A DNA stretch of 55,285 nucleotides from Candidatus Kaiserbacteria bacterium CG10_big_fil_rev_8_21_14_0_10_47_16 (GTDB lineage Bacteria; Patescibacteriota; Minisyncoccia; Phycocordibacterales; UBA918): positions 86,177 to 141,461 of the forward strand of contig PFBI01000006.1 in NCBI GenBank assembly GCA_002773395.1, given 5' to 3'. The translations under genes were made by a program, and so were the position numbers. Below the pieces are notes generated by a model. That model was given only the letters and a program-made list of their open reading frames with translations, was not told where the DNA came from and did no database searches. Of the stretch, positions 1 to 9,991 are shown piece after piece. The stretch's first letter is position 1. Each line of letters begins with the position of its first letter.

Positions 1-50
1 CCAAGTGCCGATAGTTATACCAAATTTATCTGAATCTATAAAGGCACGAT

Positions 51-83
51 AAAAAGAAAGGCCTCGGCGTGGGATACCGAGGC
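51..83 (-). terminator. Intrinsic terminator of the 106..300 ORF
   Basis: GCCTCGG/CCGAGGC stem followed on the minus strand by a T-rich tract (aaaaagaaa on +). Confidence 0.6.
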
Positions 84-105
84 TGCGCATGCGCGCGAAA
101 ATGAA

Positions 106-300
106 TTACTGGAAATTGGGCTGGTTGCGAGCGAGTGCAGATTCGAATGTATCGTCCTTATAGACGACAACCTTGATGTTCTTCTTACCCTTTTGAAGAT
201 AAAAGCTGAAGAATTGGACTCCCCATGCGTGAAGAATTTGAAGCCCATTCTTTACCCCTACTTCGAGGGTCTCATCGCCGATGATCTTGAGGTCGCCCAT
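106..300 (-). CDS. Small hypothetical protein (64 aa)
   Basis: ATG preceded by GGGAGAAGGAG and followed by a terminator; no family recognised. Confidence 0.55.
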   Translation of the reverse strand: MGDLKIIGDETLEVGVKNGLQILHAWGVQFFSFYLQKGKKNIKVVVYKDDTFESALARNQPNFQ

Positions 301-428
301 CTCCTTCTCCCGTTTTCACTTGAAATCTGATCAGTCCACATACTACAACATATTTTTTGAAATGAAAGTTTCCTCTTGCCTTCATGGTGTATTTGTAGCA
401 AAATGCGCTCAGACACCACCCAAGGGAG

Positions 429-842
429 ATGGCGATGAAACGTATCGCGATACTACTCACGCTTTGCCTGTTAAGCAATTCTGTTCAGGCTTCAGATGAC
501 CCGAGTGAAATATACGGCTTCTGGGCTACAGAAGATAACGGGCGAATTGAAATACGTCCCTGCGCGAATAACGTCGGCACCCTCTGTGGGATCATCCACG
601 ACGCAGACACCGACGCGGCAAGCCTGAAGCGGAATGGTCACGTGCTTCTCGAAGAGTTCATTTACTCCGGCGACCGTTCTTGGAAAAAGGGCCTGATCCA
701 CGATCCAGAAGGTGGTGGCACATATAACGGAAAACTGTATCTTCTGGATAAAGATACCGTTAAGTTGAAGGGGTGCGCTTGGATCTTCTGTGGCTCAAAA
801 ATATGGACACGTATCCACGAGGAGGAGAGCCGCATGCGATAG
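429..842 (+). CDS. DUF2147-family secreted protein
   Basis: Signal peptide; GxW, C..LCGII, W..G.I.DP..G..Y and LKGC..FC.S..WTR motifs; GGGAG SD (start may be 435). Confidence 0.8.
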   Translation: MAMKRIAILLTLCLLSNSVQASDDPSEIYGFWATEDNGRIEIRPCANNVGTLCGIIHDADTDAASLKRNGHVLLEEFIYSGDRSWKKGLIHDPEGGGTYNGKLYLLDKDTVKLKGCAWIFCGSKIWTRIHEEESRMR

Positions 843-862
843 CATGCGGCTCCTTTCATTTT
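827..862 (+). terminator. Terminator between the convergent DUF2147 gene and murF
   Basis: Perfect 11-bp stem GAGCCGCATGC-GATA-GCATGCGGCTC followed by CTTTCATTTT. Confidence 0.7.
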
Positions 863-2150
863 ATAGTGATCTCCACATCGGACTTTGTCGCACCAAGAGT
901 TCTTTTGCCTGCTCTGGCTCAAGCATAATTTCTTCCACTACGCGTTCTGCACGGATACTTTGCGAACCTTTCACGAGAATCACATCTCCTGCTTTAATCA
1001 TATTTTGCAATTCTTCACCCGCTTGTCCTGCATCGTCGTACTGCAAGATCCCAATTTCACTCATACCGTTTTCGAGTGCACCTTTCGCGATACCGCGCGC
1101 TCGCACACCAATAGTGAGGAGGAGGTCAGTCGACTTGGCTGCGAGCGCGCCAATACGTTCATGTTCTGCAATTGAATACTGTCCGAGTTCGAGCATATCT
1201 CCCAAAACGGCAATTCGGCGGCCAATCCCCTTCAGCTCCTTGAGTGTCTGCAGTGAACGCTCTACTGCAACCGGTGAGGAGTTATACGTATCATCAATGA
1301 TGATTGAGTCTTTAATACCTGCAATGAGGCGCATGCGGCCTGCAGGAGGCATGTGGTCGCGGAGTGCAACTGCCGCTTCATCAATACTGATGCCAAAGAC
1401 AGACCCGACGGCAGCGGCCGCTGAGTAATTGTAGACGTGCTGTACACCGAGAGACCCTGCGACGCGCATAAGCGCCGTCTCATTTCCATGCGTCAAAATA
1501 AATTCAAACCCAATGGCGCGGCCGTTCTCGTACACAATCTTGTCCGCCGAACCGGTAAACGGTGAGAGCGAGTAACGACTGTATCCAATACTATTTTGAC
1601 GCAAACCTTCAGCTACCTCTACGACCTTCTGGTCGTCTTGATTATAAATAAGCACACCATCAACTTTGAGTGCATCCACCATCGTGAGCTTCTCAGCAAT
1701 GACCGCTTCAGGAGAATCAAAATATTCTACATGAACTGGAATCTCAGGGAGTCGTGTGAGCACAACAACGTCAGGCTGAATCCATGCAGCGAGCGCTGCC
1801 ATGTCGCCCGGCCGATCAACACCCATTTCGAGTACGAGTACGTGCGGATACTTTCCCGGAAAGAGCGCGATGATAAGTCCGTCAATAATATTCTTCAGCC
1901 ACTGAAATGGATTACTCCATGCGTTCTGAAGTCCGAGAACTGAAAGTGGAACACCAATTTCAGAGTTATAACTCTTTTCACTCTTGCGTGCGAATTCATG
2001 ATTCTTCAGCACTGCATATATCGCGTCTTTCACTGACGTCTTTCCAACACTCCCAATGACCGCAACAATTTTTGGTTTTGTGCGACGGAGGAGAATTTTT
2101 GCTTCAAAGGTGAGGATGGTGACGACAACTTTTTTCAAAATAGTTTTCAT
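861..2150 (-). CDS. murF: UDP-N-acetylmuramoyl-tripeptide--D-Ala-D-Ala ligase
   Basis: GSVGKTS P-loop, SYNSEIGVP, LEMG, DDTYNSSP, VLGDMLELG and VKGS motifs; start could be 2162. Confidence 0.9.
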   Translation of the reverse strand: MKTILKKVVVTILTFEAKILLRRTKPKIVAVIGSVGKTSVKDAIYAVLKNHEFARKSEKSYNSEIGVPLSVLGLQNAWSNPFQWLKNIIDGLIIALFPGKYPHVLVLEMGVDRPGDMAALAAWIQPDVVVLTRLPEIPVHVEYFDSPEAVIAEKLTMVDALKVDGVLIYNQDDQKVVEVAEGLRQNSIGYSRYSLSPFTGSADKIVYENGRAIGFEFILTHGNETALMRVAGSLGVQHVYNYSAAAAVGSVFGISIDEAAVALRDHMPPAGRMRLIAGIKDSIIIDDTYNSSPVAVERSLQTLKELKGIGRRIAVLGDMLELGQYSIAEHERIGALAAKSTDLLLTIGVRARGIAKGALENGMSEIGILQYDDAGQAGEELQNMIKAGDVILVKGSQSIRAERVVEEIMLEPEQAKELLVRQSPMWRSL

Positions 2151-2163
2151 GCGTGGATTCAAT

Positions 2164-3876
2164 TTATCGGTCTGGAGGGACGTCGTAGTAATTAAGCAAA
2201 AAGCGCATCAGTTCGCCATACGGTTCCGTTAGGGTCTCTGATGAGTACTGTACCCCCTGTGGTTCTACAGTATACAAGAAAATGAGGAATTGTGGGTCAT
2301 AGGCCGGAAAATAGCCAAAAAACGAGTGTAAATAGCGGTCAGCGTAGTAACCACCGCCATTTGGATTAGCAATCTGTGCAGTCCCCGTCTTTGAGGCAAA
2401 GCTGTAGTGTTCCATCGAGAGAGCACCGTGCGCGAGTGCCTTGTCGGCAACAGTGATAAGCATCGATGTCACCTGATCGGTTGTTGATGTTGAGAACACT
2501 TGCTCGCCGAGGGGGAATTGAACATTGTATGTCTTCCCTGACTCATATCGAATTTCTTTCACAATATGCGGCGTTACCAGTCTTCCGTCGTTCGCAAGCG
2601 TTGCAAGCGCGCGGACGGTCTCAATTGGTGTCATTGCAATTCCTTGTCCAAAGGAAGCAGTTGCATACTCGACGTCACGGGGAGAGTTGAGGTTTTCGAG
2701 ATCCCCATGAATTTCTCCCGGTAAATCAATGCCGGTCTCACTTCCGAGCTTGAGGCCAAGAAAATATTTCTTTAGTTTTTCCTTTCCCATCAAATTCACA
2801 ATATGCGCCACTCCCGTATTGAGTGATTGACTGAGAACCTCCTGCATTGGTACCGTACCGCGACCTCGTTTATCAAAGTTACAAATACGATACGTATTGA
2901 GTTCAATACATCCGGGGTCGTAGTACGTTGTTGATGGCGTTACCGTGTTTGTATCAATACCCGCCGCCATCGTGAGCGGCTTAATGATAGAACCCATTTC
3001 GTAGCGGGCTTCCACCAATGGATTATCAAACATTTCAAGAGAGACTCCTGAACGGTCGTTGAGGTTAAAGGTAGGAACGACGTTCATCGCGTAGATTTCT
3101 CCTGTCCGCGGATTCATAATGATGCCGCCCGTTACCTTACTCTTCCACTTATCTTCTGTCTTCTTCAAAACTTCATCGAGCATTTTGGAAACGTTTGGTT
3201 CGAGTGTAGTGATAATATCTCCCTCATCACTATGTGAGGAGTCAAAAACGAGATTATCAAAATCACTAAAGAGTTCTGCAAAGAAATTTACTGAGAGCTT
3301 ATCACTTCCGCGCGAGAGAACATCTTCGTATTGTCGCTCAAGTCCATAGAGACCGACAACATCGTTTCCTTTATATCCAACAAAGCCAACGGTGCGCGCA
3401 GCAAGGTTATCTTGCGGATAGCTTCGCCATTGACTGCGGTATAGCAATACCCCAGGGAGATCGAGTACATCGATAGCGTCCGCGTCGGTGTCTGATACTT
3501 GTGTATTAATTTCTTGATATGTACGCTTCTGATCGCTCGCTTTCTTTACAAAAGAATCATGATCAATGCTTGGCAAAATATCTACCAGAGCAGTATAAGT
3601 ACCTTCGGGGTCAGTGATACGCGTTGGATCGAGCGCGAGCACGTACCCTGGCTGGATAGCCGCCGCCCACGAGAGCTCACCATCCTTTGAAGTAAAATAG
3701 ATATCACCGCGACTATAAAGATCTTGCGCAGTATGAACATACTGACGTTCAGCTTGCGATTTATAGTTTTCAGAATGAATAACTTGCACGTAGTAGAGAC
3801 GCACAATAAGCAGTACTGCCAAAAAGACAACGACGCCTGTAATGATTCGGATGCGGAAAATAGCGGTCTTCTTCAT
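2164..3876 (-). CDS. ftsI: Class B penicillin-binding protein (FtsI/PBP3-like)
   Basis: N-terminal TM helix; SIIK, SLN and KTG transpeptidase motifs; follows mraZ-rsmH-ftsL. Confidence 0.85.
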   Translation of the reverse strand: MKKTAIFRIRIITGVVVFLAVLLIVRLYYVQVIHSENYKSQAERQYVHTAQDLYSRGDIYFTSKDGELSWAAAIQPGYVLALDPTRITDPEGTYTALVDILPSIDHDSFVKKASDQKRTYQEINTQVSDTDADAIDVLDLPGVLLYRSQWRSYPQDNLAARTVGFVGYKGNDVVGLYGLERQYEDVLSRGSDKLSVNFFAELFSDFDNLVFDSSHSDEGDIITTLEPNVSKMLDEVLKKTEDKWKSKVTGGIIMNPRTGEIYAMNVVPTFNLNDRSGVSLEMFDNPLVEARYEMGSIIKPLTMAAGIDTNTVTPSTTYYDPGCIELNTYRICNFDKRGRGTVPMQEVLSQSLNTGVAHIVNLMGKEKLKKYFLGLKLGSETGIDLPGEIHGDLENLNSPRDVEYATASFGQGIAMTPIETVRALATLANDGRLVTPHIVKEIRYESGKTYNVQFPLGEQVFSTSTTDQVTSMLITVADKALAHGALSMEHYSFASKTGTAQIANPNGGGYYADRYLHSFFGYFPAYDPQFLIFLYTVEPQGVQYSSETLTEPYGELMRFLLNYYDVPPDR

Positions 3877-3909
3877 TACCAAAAACTATAGCATTCTTTT
3901 TATAAAGGG

Positions 3910-4230
3910 TTATTGACCACGTGAATACGCCAGTGACGCATCAGTACGATCAATAAAAATCTTATTCGTCGCCACCACATACCCCCCTTCTTGTGCCAAC
4001 GCTGGATTTACTCCGTGTTGCAAACGCGCGTACTCTGATTCGAGCTGCCCCACATATGAGCTGGTTGAAACAATATCTCGTTCAACTTCTTTCCGCATCA
4101 CCACTTCGAACACAGAATTTGCAAGAAAATATACATACAGAGCAAAGAGCGCAACGAGTATTGAAAGGAGTGTAAAGAACCATACTTGCTGGTCTTTGTA
4201 GAGCGCTACTTTGCTGTGTGTTCGTGTCAT
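3910..4230 (-). CDS. FtsL-like bitopic cell division protein
   Basis: Single TM helix plus coiled coil; lies between rsmH and the PBP gene. Confidence 0.6.
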   Translation of the reverse strand: MTRTHSKVALYKDQQVWFFTLLSILVALFALYVYFLANSVFEVVMRKEVERDIVSTSSYVGQLESEYARLQHGVNPALAQEGGYVVATNKIFIDRTDASLAYSRGQ

Positions 4231-4234
4231 AAGC

Positions 4235-5137
4235 CTAATTTTTTTGAATGATGCGTAGTTTGGCGCTTCGTGCTCGAGGATTCTCTGCTAATTCCTCTTT
4301 CGATGCGGTAACTGGTTTTTTAGTAATGATGGTCATGCCGTGTTCTGCGGCGAGTGTTCGAAACGTGTGCTTGACGATGCGATCTTCGATACTGTGAAAA
4401 GTGATGATCGCAAGTCTTCCGTTCGGAGAGAGGTGCTGTACCGCTACTTGAATGAACTCTTCAAGGCTTGCGAGTTCGTCATTGACGGCGATGCGAAGTG
4501 CTTGGAAACTGCGAGTCGCAGGGTGTGTCTTCCCTGTTCGGTAGAACCCAGGAACCGCTGATGAAATAATTTCCACAAGCTGTCCTGAGGTCTCGATAGG
4601 TGCTGATTCTCGTTCTTCGACAATCTTGCGAGCGATTCGCTTCGCGAATCGCTCCTCACCGTATCCTTTGAGCACATTTGCGATTGATTCTTCGCTCCAC
4701 TCATTGATGATGTCTTTTGCAGTGAACGGGTAGGAATCCTCATCTGTTGGATTCCCGAAGGTCATAGTGAGCGGTTCGTCGTGTTGGAAAGAAAATCCTT
4801 TCCCTCCACCTGCGAACTGCTCCATACGCCATCCAAGGTCTGCGAGGACGCCATCAACGTGTGGTACGTCGAGCTTGGTAAGTACTGAATCGAGCGTTCT
4901 GAAGTTTGCGGTAATGAGATGCACTGTTGCATCTCCCTTAAGCTCTCCTTCAAGCGCTTCGATTGCAGACTCGTCAGCGTCGAGTGCAATAAGCATGCCG
5001 TCTGAATTGAGTTGTGAGAGTATGTCGCGCGCGTGGCCACCTGCTCCGAGTGTTGCATCAACGATGATTGCCTCAGGTCGAAGCGACAGTCCTTCGACTG
5101 CCTCCTTCTTCAGGACGGTTACATGCGTTGTTGTCAT
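4235..5137 (-). CDS. rsmH: 16S rRNA m4C1402 methyltransferase
   Basis: DATLGAGGH, HPATRSFQALRIAVNDEL, FHSIEDR and NPRARSAKLR motifs. Confidence 0.97.
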   Translation of the reverse strand: MTTTHVTVLKKEAVEGLSLRPEAIIVDATLGAGGHARDILSQLNSDGMLIALDADESAIEALEGELKGDATVHLITANFRTLDSVLTKLDVPHVDGVLADLGWRMEQFAGGGKGFSFQHDEPLTMTFGNPTDEDSYPFTAKDIINEWSEESIANVLKGYGEERFAKRIARKIVEERESAPIETSGQLVEIISSAVPGFYRTGKTHPATRSFQALRIAVNDELASLEEFIQVAVQHLSPNGRLAIITFHSIEDRIVKHTFRTLAAEHGMTIITKKPVTASKEELAENPRARSAKLRIIQKN

Positions 5138-5157
5138 ACGGAATTTGTTTGTGGCTT

Positions 5158-5592
5158 TTAGAGGACTCCTATTTCTCCAAGTTTTTCAGCGAGCGCATCA
5201 GCTTGCTTTTCAATCTTGCGTTTGTAGTCAGTCCACTTCTTTTCATCCCAAATTTCTACACGGTCATGGATACCTGCAAACACCACTTTTGATGTCAGTG
5301 ATGCAAATTCCTTTAAGAAATCTGGAACGAGAATGCGTCCCACACTATCAACCTCCACCTCAACCGCTCCAGAGAGAAAGAATCGGTTGAATCCTCGAGT
5401 GTCCGCTTGTCCGAATGGGAGCTGGCCGATTTTATCGGAAATGCGATTCCATTCTTTCTGCGGATAGACAAAGAGACAGTTGTCGAGCCCTCGCGTCACA
5501 ATCAACTTTTTACCAAGCTCCGTTCTCCACTTACTTGGAAGTGAAAGACGTTTCTTTGCATCAATGCTGTGTGTGTATTCGCCGATGAGCAT
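5158..5592 (-). CDS. mraZ: Division/cell wall cluster transcriptional repressor MraZ
   Basis: GEYTHSIDAKKRL and DSVGRILVP repeats; EIW motif; first gene of the dcw cluster. Confidence 0.96.
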   Translation of the reverse strand: MLIGEYTHSIDAKKRLSLPSKWRTELGKKLIVTRGLDNCLFVYPQKEWNRISDKIGQLPFGQADTRGFNRFFLSGAVEVEVDSVGRILVPDFLKEFASLTSKVVFAGIHDRVEIWDEKKWTDYKRKIEKQADALAEKLGEIGVL

Positions 5593-5640
5593 AGGCTGTC
5601 TCCATAGTTAAGTCCGATAAACGTTCGTTTGAACAGTTTA

Positions 5641-5695
5641 CCACTCCTTCCCACTTAATTGCTAGTATACACCACTTTGTCCCACCACGCGCCAC
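5641..5695 (-). promoter_or_regulatory. mraZ promoter with GTGG direct repeats (MraZ boxes)
   Basis: CCAC on + at 5641, 5651, 5672, 5682 and 5692 (about 10-nt period), flanking a TATACT -10 at 5664-5669. Confidence 0.75.
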
Positions 5696-5749
5696 TATTC
5701 TCCCCTTTACCTGTGGACAATCCCCCGCCAAAAACCCATGCATGAGCAT

Positions 5750-5782
5750 AAAAAAGAACAGCGGGCATTCGCCCGCTGTTCT
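5750..5782 (-). terminator. lysS terminator
   Basis: AGAACAGCGGGC-ATTC-GCCCGCTGTTCT stem with a T tract on the minus strand. Confidence 0.8.
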
Positions 5783-5816
5783 CTCCCTATCTCTAGGTTA
5801 GTCAGACTAACCTAGA

Positions 5817-7403
5817 TTAAGCTTTTAAGGTCAGACGTTTGATAACAAAGTCTTTATCGAGAGTACTGAGGAACCATCCTATTTTCGGACCACTTTCCTT
5901 TCCAAGAAATACTGCATAAATGGCGGCATAAAAATCCCCTGCTGAAAGTCCCGATAGTCCTTCTTTTATTTCATGTGAAAGTTTATGAAGCGATTCTCCA
6001 GTGAACTCATCTGCTAATTCTATTCTTGTCGCAAATTGTGCGAGTGCTTGTTTTTGTTCATTAGTGAGAGTTGCTGCATGTGGTGGCAATGTTTCCTGCA
6101 GCACGAAAATGAATTTCTCATCAGCATACGTCTCAAGCCAACGCTTTGCATAAGTAACACGGAGGTCAACTTCTGTACGATCCTCATCAGTCAGTGGTGA
6201 ACCTTTCATTTTCTCCACCTCCTCAAAAACATCCATGTGCGGCATTTGTACAAAGAACGCGATTTGTGAAAATCGTGGGAGGAAGCGTTTATGAATATGC
6301 GATCGTTCTGCTGGAGTGTGTACGAATTGAAAGAGTACCGAATCATCATCCTCCACTCCACTCCACGTCTTTTCTGCAAGACGATCATACGTATCGAAGA
6401 GAACAGGGATAGCATCCCCATCTGGATCAAAGTCTATCTGACGATTGATTGGGGTCTTGAGGAGCAGTAACCGCAGTATGTGTGTTGGAAGAAGCTCTGC
6501 AAGCTCTACTGCCGTTGCGGCATTTCCTTTTGATGAAGACATCTTCTTACCGCCAATAAGGAAGAACTCATTGAACACTCCGTACGGTGGTTCAAACATA
6601 AAAACTTCACGTGAAATCGCTTCTGCAACCTGCCGTGCACCACCTTTTGAGTAATGATCTTTACCGCCACCTTCAAAGTGAACACCGAGCACAACGAACT
6701 TTGCTGCCCACTCTACTTTCCACGGAAGTTTTCCGTTCCCATCAAATGGCGATATCCGTCCACTATGCCCACACCCCTCCGCCCACGAAATCGTATCTGA
6801 CGAACAAGTGTACGCAACTGTCTCACCATCAAAATCAGTTACTTTTGTAGAACTAAGCTTCCCGCAGTTTTCGCACACTACGTTCAGTGGATGCCAATCT
6901 TCTGGCCGCTCACTTTTAGACACCTCTGCATAAATACGTCGAATATCATTTCGCTTTTCCAGTGTAGTGCGTATCAAGTCATTCATCTTCCCTGACAGGT
7001 ACAACTCACTTGCGCGATATACCTGCGCACCAAATCCTAACTGTTCAAGTACTCGTACATATTCTTGTCCATAGAGTTCTGCAAAATTATCAAACCCTGG
7101 TTCTGGCGATGGAATCTTATACAGCTGCATTCCCATGTACTTTGTATACTCTGCTTCATCAAGATACGACGGGATCCCGTCCATCGGATCGAAGTCATTA
7201 ATTTCAAAATGAAACGTAACAGGGACACCTTCCGACGCGAGGACGTCAGCAACAATTGCATGGAGTGAGGCACTTCGAAGAGAGCCGACATGTACCCGTC
7301 CTGACGCTGTTTTTTCATCGCGAACAATGATTGACTCCCCCTTCTTAATACGTGCGTCATATTTGCGCACGACATCATTTGCAATTTTTTCTGCCCAAAA
7401 CAT
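5817..7403 (-). CDS. lysS: Lysine--tRNA ligase, class I
   Basis: TASGRVHVG (HIGH), CENCG, KLPWKVEW, GGKDH, KMSSSKG and SGPKIG motifs. Confidence 0.93.
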   Translation of the reverse strand: MFWAEKIANDVVRKYDARIKKGESIIVRDEKTASGRVHVGSLRSASLHAIVADVLASEGVPVTFHFEINDFDPMDGIPSYLDEAEYTKYMGMQLYKIPSPEPGFDNFAELYGQEYVRVLEQLGFGAQVYRASELYLSGKMNDLIRTTLEKRNDIRRIYAEVSKSERPEDWHPLNVVCENCGKLSSTKVTDFDGETVAYTCSSDTISWAEGCGHSGRISPFDGNGKLPWKVEWAAKFVVLGVHFEGGGKDHYSKGGARQVAEAISREVFMFEPPYGVFNEFFLIGGKKMSSSKGNAATAVELAELLPTHILRLLLLKTPINRQIDFDPDGDAIPVLFDTYDRLAEKTWSGVEDDDSVLFQFVHTPAERSHIHKRFLPRFSQIAFFVQMPHMDVFEEVEKMKGSPLTDEDRTEVDLRVTYAKRWLETYADEKFIFVLQETLPPHAATLTNEQKQALAQFATRIELADEFTGESLHKLSHEIKEGLSGLSAGDFYAAIYAVFLGKESGPKIGWFLSTLDKDFVIKRLTLKA

Positions 7404-7440
7404 ATAGAATAGTAAGGCTATCGTACCGTTTAAAATGGGA

Positions 7441-7475
7441 AAAGAAAAGCCCCGCGTGAGCGGGGCTTTTCTTTC
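7441..7475 (-). terminator. greA terminator (bidirectional-type hairpin)
   Basis: AAAGAAAAGCCCCGC-GTGA-GCGGGGCTTTTCTTT. Confidence 0.85.
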
Positions 7476-7948
7476 TATGAGATTTTGAGGATTTTATAGT
7501 TCTGCTTTCCTGTCGGAGTTTCGAAGGTAAATGCTTCACCTTTTGTCTTTCCCATGAGCGCTTCACCGAGCGGTGAGAGGTATGAGAGCTTGTGGTCTTG
7601 AATATTGGCCTCTTCTGAACCAACGATGGTGTACGTGCGACTCTCTTTGTCTTTGTCTTTTTGAATGGTCACTTCAGTTCCAAGCCCGACAACATCACCC
7701 TTGTTTGTCCCTGCGACAATCTTTGCTTCTTTGATGACTTGTTCGAGGTGAAGAATGCGTTCTTCGATAGCTGCCTGCATATCGCGAGCTTCTTGGTACT
7801 CAGCGTTTTCTGAGAGATCTCCGAGTGAACGAGCGTACTCAAGTGATTCAGCGACCTCCTTGCGGCGGACAGTCTTGAGGTTTTCAAGTTCTTTCTTTAA
7901 TTCTTCAAACTTTTCAGGCGTTAGAAACGCGTCGTGTTGATCATTCAT
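7475..7948 (-). CDS. greA: Transcription elongation factor GreA
   Basis: GDLSENAEY and SPLGEALMG motifs; TTGACC-N16-TATAAT upstream. Confidence 0.96.
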   Translation of the reverse strand: MNDQHDAFLTPEKFEELKKELENLKTVRRKEVAESLEYARSLGDLSENAEYQEARDMQAAIEERILHLEQVIKEAKIVAGTNKGDVVGLGTEVTIQKDKDKESRTYTIVGSEEANIQDHKLSYLSPLGEALMGKTKGEAFTFETPTGKQNYKILKIS

Positions 7949-8032
7949 AGATATGTATTCAAATGTGTGACTCCAATTATACGCACTAATAAGGCTTGGT
8001 CAAATCTGTGGATGAAACGCATATTTTGCGTC

Positions 8033-9739
8033 CTACTCTTCCTCCAACAGATAGTCTGGTCGATGTATGGTCATCCAGTCGAACACTTTGTTCATCACTC
8101 GTCCCGCACTCACCGTATTTGTATATGGACCTTTTTCCATAAACAAAATGAACGCGTATCGTGGTTTTTCATACGGGAAGTATCCCGCTACCCACGTATT
8201 GAGGTAGGTGTCTGATGAGTCGAGCTCAGCAGTACCTGATTTTGCTGCAATGGTGACATCATTTCGACGGAGCACCCCGACCGTACCACCTTCACCAATA
8301 ACTGTCTCACGAATACCTTGGTGAACAACAGCGAGGTCATCTTGGTTCAAACCGAGATCAGTGCCGACGAGTGATGAATCTTTTATTACTTGCGGCTGGA
8401 GCAGTGTACCATTGTTTGCGAGCGCCGCGTACGCACGAAGCATCTGCAGCGGTGTGACTGAAAATCCATACTGACCAATTGAAGTGAAGTAGGTGTCCCC
8501 GAGACGCCAATCGTCATCAAATGTTTTCCTTTTCCACTCGGGTGTTGGAATCGTGCCGGACACTTCACCGAAGAGTGGGATGCCTGTTTTTTCTCCAATA
8601 CCAAAGAGTTTCATATATTCATCAATCTTTAAGATTCCCAACCCTGGCTGATCCTTAAATCCCCCACCAATTTCATAGAAATACACGTCAGATGAGAATG
8701 CGAGCGCTTTGACCATATTCATAGGACCGTGGGCACGCCAGTCATTGAAGATAGACGGGTTCGAAGGATTGTATGGATTCGGAATACTAATAGAACCGTT
8801 TGACACAATGATTTTATCCGGACTGATGACATTCTCCGCAAGTGCAGCGTATGCCACAAACGGCTTTACAATCGAACCAGGGATGTACACGCCACCGGTA
8901 ATTTTATTGAGAAATGGGAAGCGTGTATCCTTGTTGAGCGCAGCGATCGCAGCGACATCATCCCCATCGGAGAGAATTTCTGGGTCATATGAGGGGAAGC
9001 TCGTCATCGCAAGAATTTCTCCCGTCTGCACATCCATAATTGCTCCCGCACCACTTCGGAAACCTGTCTCCTTTGTTGATGAGGAAATGGTTTGATACAT
9101 AAACTCGGTAAGGCCTGCATCAAGAGAGAGTTCAATGTCTTTCCCTTTCTGTGGGACATCAATCACATGTTCAGAAATCACTTCACCATGCACGGTACTT
9201 TCAACAAGTTGATGTCCGTTTTTGCCAGCGAGGAGCGTATCGAATGATTCTTCGATGCCGGTACGTCCAAGATATTCCTCACGAAAATAAAATCCCGACG
9301 TATCCTTTTGCGGATAACTCACGTAGCCAATCACCTGCCCTAAGCCTTGCCGATCAGAGTACGCGCGCACCGGAAAGTTATACTCTCCCGTTTGATCGAC
9401 TTCATTCCATGCGAGCAACTCTCCGTTTCGATCGCGCACCACACCACGCTCCGCAACAATGAGCGTATCGAGGAGACCATTCTGTTTACTTCGCTCAGCG
9501 AAGGCTGCTCCGTTTACAATTTGCAGAGTAAAGAGCTTCCATCCAAATACCGATACCACAATAAGAAAGAGTAGGCCGACAGCGACGATGTTTCGCTTCC
9601 CAATCGGTTGTTCAAGTTTTCCTTCCATGCGTCCGGTATTGAATGCAGGAAGGTTTGATGAATCGAGTAAAATTTCATCGAGTGAGATATCACTCTTTTT
9701 AATACGTCGTTTGCGAAATCCAAAGAAAGAAAAAATCAT
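8033..9739 (-). CDS. mrdA: Penicillin-binding protein 2 (MrdA-like)
   Basis: SIVK, SSD and KSG motifs; downstream of mreB-mreC. Confidence 0.85.
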   Translation of the reverse strand: MIFSFFGFRKRRIKKSDISLDEILLDSSNLPAFNTGRMEGKLEQPIGKRNIVAVGLLFLIVVSVFGWKLFTLQIVNGAAFAERSKQNGLLDTLIVAERGVVRDRNGELLAWNEVDQTGEYNFPVRAYSDRQGLGQVIGYVSYPQKDTSGFYFREEYLGRTGIEESFDTLLAGKNGHQLVESTVHGEVISEHVIDVPQKGKDIELSLDAGLTEFMYQTISSSTKETGFRSGAGAIMDVQTGEILAMTSFPSYDPEILSDGDDVAAIAALNKDTRFPFLNKITGGVYIPGSIVKPFVAYAALAENVISPDKIIVSNGSISIPNPYNPSNPSIFNDWRAHGPMNMVKALAFSSDVYFYEIGGGFKDQPGLGILKIDEYMKLFGIGEKTGIPLFGEVSGTIPTPEWKRKTFDDDWRLGDTYFTSIGQYGFSVTPLQMLRAYAALANNGTLLQPQVIKDSSLVGTDLGLNQDDLAVVHQGIRETVIGEGGTVGVLRRNDVTIAAKSGTAELDSSDTYLNTWVAGYFPYEKPRYAFILFMEKGPYTNTVSAGRVMNKVFDWMTIHRPDYLLEEE

Positions 9740-9990
9740 ATGAGATCTTGATAGATACGAAGCTGCGGTTTGATCGCCGCGGCAAATAGATAGAGTCCTC
9801 CCGTTATTGCGGTGTACAACAGCCCGCTAAACGTTCCGTGCGATCCAAAGAGTGCATCGACGCACACCGCGATGACAAGCAATTCACCTCCACTCCACCG
9901 CGCAAAGTACAGGGCTGCCGCAATAACAAAGACCCAGAGTGGCATAGTAAACGCGAGCGCGAGTACCACCATGTATGCAAGTACGCGCAT
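9736..9990 (-). CDS. Small membrane protein, probable divergent MreD
   Basis: 84-aa hydrophobic ORF (MRVLAY...) coupled between mreC and mrdA. Confidence 0.6.
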   Translation of the reverse strand: MRVLAYMVVLALAFTMPLWVFVIAAALYFARWSGGELLVIAVCVDALFGSHGTFSGLLYTAITGGLYLFAAAIKPQLRIYQDLI

Positions 9991-9991
9991 A

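Noticed and set aside
5966-6618. parS-like TTTCATGTGAAA and TTCACGTGAAA inside lysS
   Set aside because: Only 11-12 of 16 positions match TGTTTCACGTGAAACA and both are in coding sequence, so chance is likely
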